DNA of 63,336 bases, the filler included, from Reclinomonas americana ATCC 50394 (lineage: Eukaryota), in assembly GCA_048213135.1 (NCBI GenBank). It is 3 parts of 3 records of this genome, joined end to end, with 100 filler letters (N's around TTAATTAATTAA, not from the genome) between each part and the next. Parts side by side here need not be neighbours in the genome. Positions count along the whole stretch, not along the records: positions 57,493 to 63,336 come from PS015145.1; 2 more parts are not named here. The stretch is one strand, 5' to 3'. Made by a program: the position numbers and the translations under genes. The first letter of the stretch is position 1. Each line of letters begins with the position of its first letter. The notes under the pieces are model-generated. The model did not search any database. It saw nothing but the letters and a program-made list of their open reading frames with translations, and had not been told where the DNA came from. Shown here in pieces: positions 57,493 to 63,336 of this stretch.

Positions 57493-59599
57493 CAGCAGCA
57501 GAGGCGGCGGCGGGAGCAGATGAGACTTCCATAGCCGTCACCTCGGTTGCCGCTGCCGCACTCTCCTCCCCACCGCTCTTCTTGCTCGACGCATCCGGCG
57601 ACGACGACTTCTGCTGCGCCTGCTTCTTGCCCTTGGTCGAAGCTGTGGTGGAAGAAGACGCCGCCGGCGCCGACGCAGTGGTGCGTCCGCCAGACTTGGA
57701 CGACTTGGTCACCGGTTCCTCCACGACCTCCTGCGCGTCGCCACCATGAATCTCACACACACAGGCAGAAGAAAGAGTCAGCTGTGTGCGTGTGCGTGCG
57801 TGCGTGCGTACGCAACCAGTGTATCGGTCTCCCGCTGTCGCTTGCGCGACTGCTTCTTGGCGAGTGCCGTCGACAGTTCGGCCGAGTTATCCTCCGAGAT
57901 GCGGCACCGGCTGCAGTACCATTCACCCTCCGGCACCTCGTCGAGCTTCGGTGTGTCGCAGTAGGTGTGGCACGCACGATCACAGTACGAACAAATGATC
58001 AGATTGCTCTCATCAGTGCCCCACCGACATCTGTGTGCGCGCGTGATGAGCAAAATACAAAAGAAGGAGGCGGAACGAGTGCACACGCACGCAACTTGTT
58101 GCAGTAGTCGTTGCGACGGAAGCGAATGAGCTGATTGCGAATGTGTCGACCGAGCTTGACGCCCTCCCAGAACGCCTTCTCCAGTGGCTTGGACGAGCGC
58201 ATGCGCGCCTTCAACTTTGGGTACTCCTCCGAGAACTTTTTCAGATGCTTTTGCCGCACCCACGCGTGCTCAAAGGGCCTGCGACAGCGAGTGAGTGCGA
58301 GTGAGGACATGGCCATGTCCAGCACAAACAGGCACCCGCGCGCACACTCAGCAAAGAGCGCGTCCACGCAAACTGACGAGTGCGCAGGAGGNNNNNNNNN
58401 NNNNNNNNNNNNNNNNNNNNNNNNNNNNNNNNNNNNNNNNNNNNNNNNNNNNNNNNNNNNNNNNNNNNNNNNNNNNNNNNNNNNNNNNNNNNNNNNNNNN
58501 NNNNNNNNNNNNNNNNNNNNNNNNNNNNNNNNNNNNNNNNNNNNNNNNNNNNNNNNNNNNNNNNNNNNNNNNNNNNNNNNNNNNNNNNNNNNNNNNNNNN
58601 NNNNNNNNNNNNNNNNNNNNNNNNNNNNNNNNNNNNNNNNNNNNNNNNNNNNNNNNNNNNNNNNNNNNNNNNNNNNNNNNNNNNNNNNNNNNNNNNNNNN
58701 NNNNNNNNNNNNNNNNNNNNNNNNNNNNNNNNNNNNAGACGGGGGGAGAGAGACGCAACTGCGTGAGGAAAATGACCAGCGTGTCATCCTCGGCGCGCTT
58801 GTGCTTGTTCTGCGCCTTGCCACTGAAAAACGCGGCAGTGTTGCGCACGACCTACACAAACGAGCGACAATCAGATGGAAGCAAACAGAGAGAGAGAGAG
58901 AGTGCAAGCGCGCGCGCGCGTGCGTGTGTGTAATGCAAAGGGGATCGAAGTAGAAGAAGAAGGAAAAAGGGGAAAAATTCAAGTGTGCATCTTGCGCATC
59001 CCATTTCTCGCCGCAGACAGTGTCGATGCGTGCGTGGGCGCCGCCTGTGCGCCTGGCGGCAATGACCAAGGAAGAACGACACCAAATTCACAAAAAAACT
59101 GCTCGTTTGCCTTCTCCCCCTCCGTACACGAGTGATGTGCACAGGTGACCGTGTGTGTGCATGTGTGTGTGCGCGTTTTATCGTGGAAGAAAAGATGACA
59201 CACACACAAACCATTGCAGGCCACAGCTTGTTCTGCCATTTGCTGCAACAACGACACCCCGCAATGAGCATCACACTCGCACTCTTACTCATCTCACAGA
59301 CACATACACACACACCAGAACACAATGTCATCCTTGGAGGTGACGTTCGGATCGACCTCCAACACCGACATTCCCCCAACGCTGTGCACTGGTGACAACG
59401 ACGACGACTGCTTGATAGGTGCGCTGACGGGACGCGATGCGAGCGTGTCACAAGTTGGATGTCGACTGCTGAGTGTGCGCGCGCACGAAGTGAATGTCGA
59501 AGTGTTTGCCGGGACAGAGCGAGCCTTGCCGCGATCTGTCCGTGGCGGGAAAAATCAAGTGTGTGTGTGAGAGAGAGAGAGAGTGTGAGTGTGAGTGTG

Positions 59600-59655
<56 letters not shown>

Positions 59656-60130
59656 TGACACTCCAGCGATCTGCAACGGTTTCTGATGGAGAGATTAGGT
59701 GAGAAAAGTGTGACAAAAGTGTGACAAAGTGAGAGTGCGTGAGAGTTCAGCTCTCTCTCTCTCTCACACACACACACGCACACACGCACATACACACACT
59801 CTCTCATTCTGTTTCTTCTCACTCTTTCTCACTCTCTTTTCCTCGTTCTCACTCTCAGGCGACTCAATGCCGCACTTGCCACGCGTTGATGATGATGAAG
59901 AGGTGGATGAGAGCGACGAGGAGGAGGAGAATGGAGAGCGATCGGCGATGAGTTTGGAGGCGATTTTCGAGGCCGAGTTTCGTCTGATTTCCTGTGTCTC
60001 TCGCTCTCTCGCTTTGCTTGCTGATGGTGGTGTTGTGATAGGGATGTGCTTAGTCGCGCGCAGTTGAGGCGGCAGCTGCCGTCGTCGCGTCTGCATGCGA
60101 ATACGATTGCGTCTACTACTCCCAGTGATC
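57493..60130 (-). CDS. PWWP + PHD finger chromatin reader, partial
   Basis: DDIVFWCKWQNKLWPAMVV..LVIFL..HAWV..LKKF (PWWP-like) and CNKC...LIICSYCDRACHTYCDTPKLDEVPEGEWYCSRC (PHD). 5' end uncertain. Confidence 0.8.
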
Positions 60131-60159
60131 CGGTGAGTTGGCGAAGGGAGGGAAAGGAG

Positions 60160-60505
60160 TGTGCGGGAGGAGAGAGGTGGAAGAAGTGATCGTGAGAAGA
60201 GACAGAGAGGAGTGCGAGAGGAGAGTGTGAGAGGAGAGAAGAGAACGGAGCATGAGAGAGATCGGGGCGATGAAGGAGAGCAAGTGATCGTGAGAAGCGA
60301 GACAGAGCAGATAGAGATGGAGAAAAAGCGAGAAGCAGAGAACAGAGCATGAGAGAGATCGGTGGTAAGGAAGGGATGTTGAAGGAGAGCGAGTGATCGT
60401 GAGAAGAGACAGAACAGAAGTAGAGAGTTCGTCAGCGAGAAGCAGAGAATAGAGCATGAGAGATCGATGGAACGGAAGGGTTGACGAAGGAGAGCAGATC
60501 GATCG
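60160..60505. repeat. Purine-rich degenerate ~100-bp tandem repeat (x3-4)
   Basis: gtgatcgtgagaag at ~60187, ~60283 and ~60393; gagcatgagag(ag)atcg at ~60248, ~60345 and ~60451. Confidence 0.75.
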
Positions 60506-60579
60506 CACTGAGACATCAAGTGTTCTTGCTGGACCGTCTCCCCCATGCTCACCCTTCCCCGCCACAGCAATTCCACACC

Positions 60580-63336
60580 ATGATGCTGGCGCAGCGTCGT
60601 GAAAAGCAGCGGCGCGAGGCCGAGTTGCGCAAGCGCGAACTGCGCATTCGTGAGCAGACCAAGAAGCAACTGCGGTTCGTTGCCTCTTCGGTGTGCTTCT
60701 TTGTGATGATGCCGGTGCTGATGTGTGTGTTTGTGTGTGTGAGCAGGAAAATCGAAGAACACCATCAGTCGCTCCTCAACAAGAAAGTGCGCCTGCTGGA
60801 GAAACTCAAGCAGATTGAGAGTTGTGTGCGATCCCCAACCGATCACCAATGCCCGTTATTCACCCCCTGCTCCCGATCCATGCAGCGAAAGAAACGCTGC
60901 GTGACACACCGGCGCCGTCATTACGACAGGCGGGGTACATTGCATCGCTCGGCTCCGACTCGCCGGCATTTGATTTCCTGCAGGTGTGTTTGTTCCACCG
61001 TGTCAGTCGCTTTATCCATGCGTGCCTCATCCCGCACCAGCGAAACACGACGCGCTTGAGTGCCGAGGACCGGGGCAGAATACAGCAGCGCGCACGTGAG
61101 CGAGTGGGGCGGCGAGTGGCGTCGCTGGCCGAGCAGCTCAAGGACCGCGTGGAGGACGCCACCGTGAAANNNNNNNNNNNNNNNNNNNNNNNNNNNNNNN
61201 NNNNNNNNNNNNNNNNNNNNNNNNNNNNNNNNNNNNNNNNNNNNNNNNNNNNNNNNNNNNNNNNNNNNNNNNNNNNNNNNNNNNNNNNNNNNNNNNNNNN
61301 NNNNNNNNNNNNNNNNNNNNNNNNNNNNNNNNNNNNNNNNNNNNNNNNNNNNNNCGGTACGTATTGTGCTGGAGCAAGCTACGACGCCGACATCAAAGCT
61401 GCTGCTGCTCAACTCAATCCACGCACAGACTGCAGCAATTTTCGTCGGCACCACTGGAGGAGCTGGCGCGCAAGGCCACGGAGGTGGTCAGCAGTGTGGT
61501 GGAACCGGCATTGGAGGAACGACTGCGCGCCAATGATCGCGCCGCTCGACGGGAGAACGATATCATTGCACGCACCGTCAAGGTCATTTTGGCTGAGCGA
61601 TTGCAGGAGGCGGCCGTCCAGGACCAGGATCGATTGTCGACCAAGGTCGGTGCTTTTATTCTGTTTCTCGCATCCGCTCCCTCACCACGGCATTCACCAC
61701 GCGTCGCCGTCTCCAGGAAAACCTGCGCAACGCGTTGCGCTCACGTCACGTCAAGCATGTGCTGGATGCCACACCGCTGGACCAGGCCATGGTCGCCGAG
61801 CTGGCCGAAGCACAAGTGGTGCGTGCAAAGTCCATCTTCCCCGCTCGCCCTCTTCCTCACTCTTTCTGACTCGTGCCTGGCAGCACGACTGCCGCGATGA
61901 CGCACGAGCGGTGGCACGTGATTTTGATCCGCACGTGCGAGCCGAGCGCTCACTCACGCAAGTGGTGGTGGAGAATGCATTCTTGCGTGAATTTGGTGAG
62001 TGTTTCACGTGTCGCGATCGACTCGAGCGCGCCTCACCGTATGTGTCGTCGCCCCGCAGAGCACATTGATCCGCTGGAGGAGATTGGGAACATGCAGCGT
62101 GCACTGGCCGAGTTTGCGCGCAGCGATGCCGCCCTGGAGACCGAGATTGCGCAGCTCGAGACCGAGTTCGAAGGTTCCTGCCGCGCGCCCCTCTGTTTGC
62201 ACCCCCTCCCTTTTTTTTCGCACTCAACGCAACACGTGCTACTCCAGAGCGCCGACGGCAATTGGACCATCTCGTTCCGCTGCTGGAGGACCTGTCACAG
62301 ACACGCGCACGCACCGGCTCGCTGCCACCGGGTCCACCACCCGCGGCCTTCTCGTCGGCGGCCATGGCGGCGGCTGCGGCGGCCGCTGCTCCTGCTGCCG
62401 CTGCTGCCGCCATGTCGGCATTCGTTGTCGGGGTCCGACGTTGCGTCTGCGTGCCGATTCCGTCCACCACGGCCTCAGTCGTGAGTCTCATTCGTGTCTG
62501 TGCGCGCGTTGCAGCGAAATCCAAGTCCGTGTATGGCGCCGGAGCAGCCAACGCTGCCGTGGGTCAGCCGGCGCCACCCGTGTCGAACCGCGCGCAGCAA
62601 ATGCAGAAACTCGATCGCCGACTCAAGGTGAGTGTTTTTTTGTGGTTGTGAACCACCGGCGACGGCTGCACCATCCAACTGTCTCCACGCAGGAGAAACG
62701 CATGACAGCGCGACGCCTGGAGGCGCAAGCGGAGGAGCTGCGGCAGGAAAAGAACGAGTTGTTGCGCGAGTTTCACCAGACTGTGCGCGGCAATGGCGAT
62801 GCTGACGAACTGGAGCGGTTACGCATGGCCATTGAGGACGAGTTGGTCATGTTGCGTGTTCCCTCTCTCTCTCTCTCTCTCTCTCCGCAGCTAGTCACTT
62901 TGCTTACACGCGCACACTCGTTCGCAGGTCGGCCATGGCACACGAAAAGCACCTGCTGATGCAGCGCGAGGACTCCGAGGCCATGAGTGTGGTGCGGCAA
63001 ATCGAACGGCTCACCCGCGAACACCAGGAGGCCGTGCAAGACCGCGTTGACACCATCTTGCACCGGGAGCGCGAGCTGGAGCATCTGCGCGTGATTGCCG
63101 ATTATGTGCCGCGCATCCTCAACGTCTCACAGGAGCAACTGCGTCGACAGAGCATGCAACAGGTGCGTTCGCTCCGCTACTGCTTGGCCTGAATGCGTGC
63201 ATTCTCACCGCCGACTGACGACAGGTGGCCGACATTGAGGCGATCCACGAGCCGCGTGTGAAGGAGTGGCAGCGATTGTCGAGCAACATGCAGCGTCTCA
63301 ACGAGCAGATGCAGCAGCAGGTGCAGGAGAAGCTCA
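60580..63336 (+). CDS. Long coiled-coil protein, multi-exon, runs off the window end
   Basis: MMLAQRREKQRREAELRKRELRIREQ..., then many E/Q/R-rich heptad exons with GT-AG introns. No family recognised. Confidence 0.6.

Noticed and set aside
59560-60850. Long S/L- or C/V/H/T-rich ORFs here and across the window
   Set aside because: They are translations of (CT)n/(CA)n microsatellites and antisense frames of GC-rich exons.
1-63336. tRNA, rRNA, CRISPR arrays, transposases, introner families
   Set aside because: None recognisable by eye. The GTTGCG introns share no internal similarity or terminal repeats, so they do not look like a recent introner burst. A covariance-model scan was not possible.

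Overview
Very compact, GC-rich, intron-dense eukaryotic (probably flagellated protist) draft-assembly DNA. Two N44-TTAATTAATTAA-N44 linkers (30008-30107, 57393-57492) suggest the window is three joined scaffolds. By hand-splicing exons I recover about 27 genes, mostly on alternating strands and often with under 200 bp between start or stop codons. They include an RFC small subunit (partial), CFAP73/CCDC42-like, a 2OG-Fe(II) oxygenase, RIO2, two MFS paralogs, two MGCxxS-acylated PsbP/Mog1-fold-like paralogs, an acylated EF-hand protein, EXPERA, PPT1, a RING-H2 ligase, a sarcosine-oxidase-like flavoprotein, RhoGEF, TRM10, NADPH-P450 reductase, sterol C4-methyl oxidase, SLX1, DHHC, TMEM43-like and PWWP-PHD. 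Two things stand out. (1) More than 30 introns begin with a register-shifted donor, GTTGCG(T)/GTTGAGT, and in every case I checked the exon does not end in AG. (2) An NLR-like locus (46606-54467, minus strand) reads ubiquitin-like domain ending LHGG|G, WD40, then a second Ub-tail mimic RLCGG|GNSLSRK hiding a myristoylation motif, then NACHT, pentapeptide and WD40. This suggests a DUB-processed immune-type polyprotein or gene pair. All gene models and family calls are manual motif recognition; no database searches were run.
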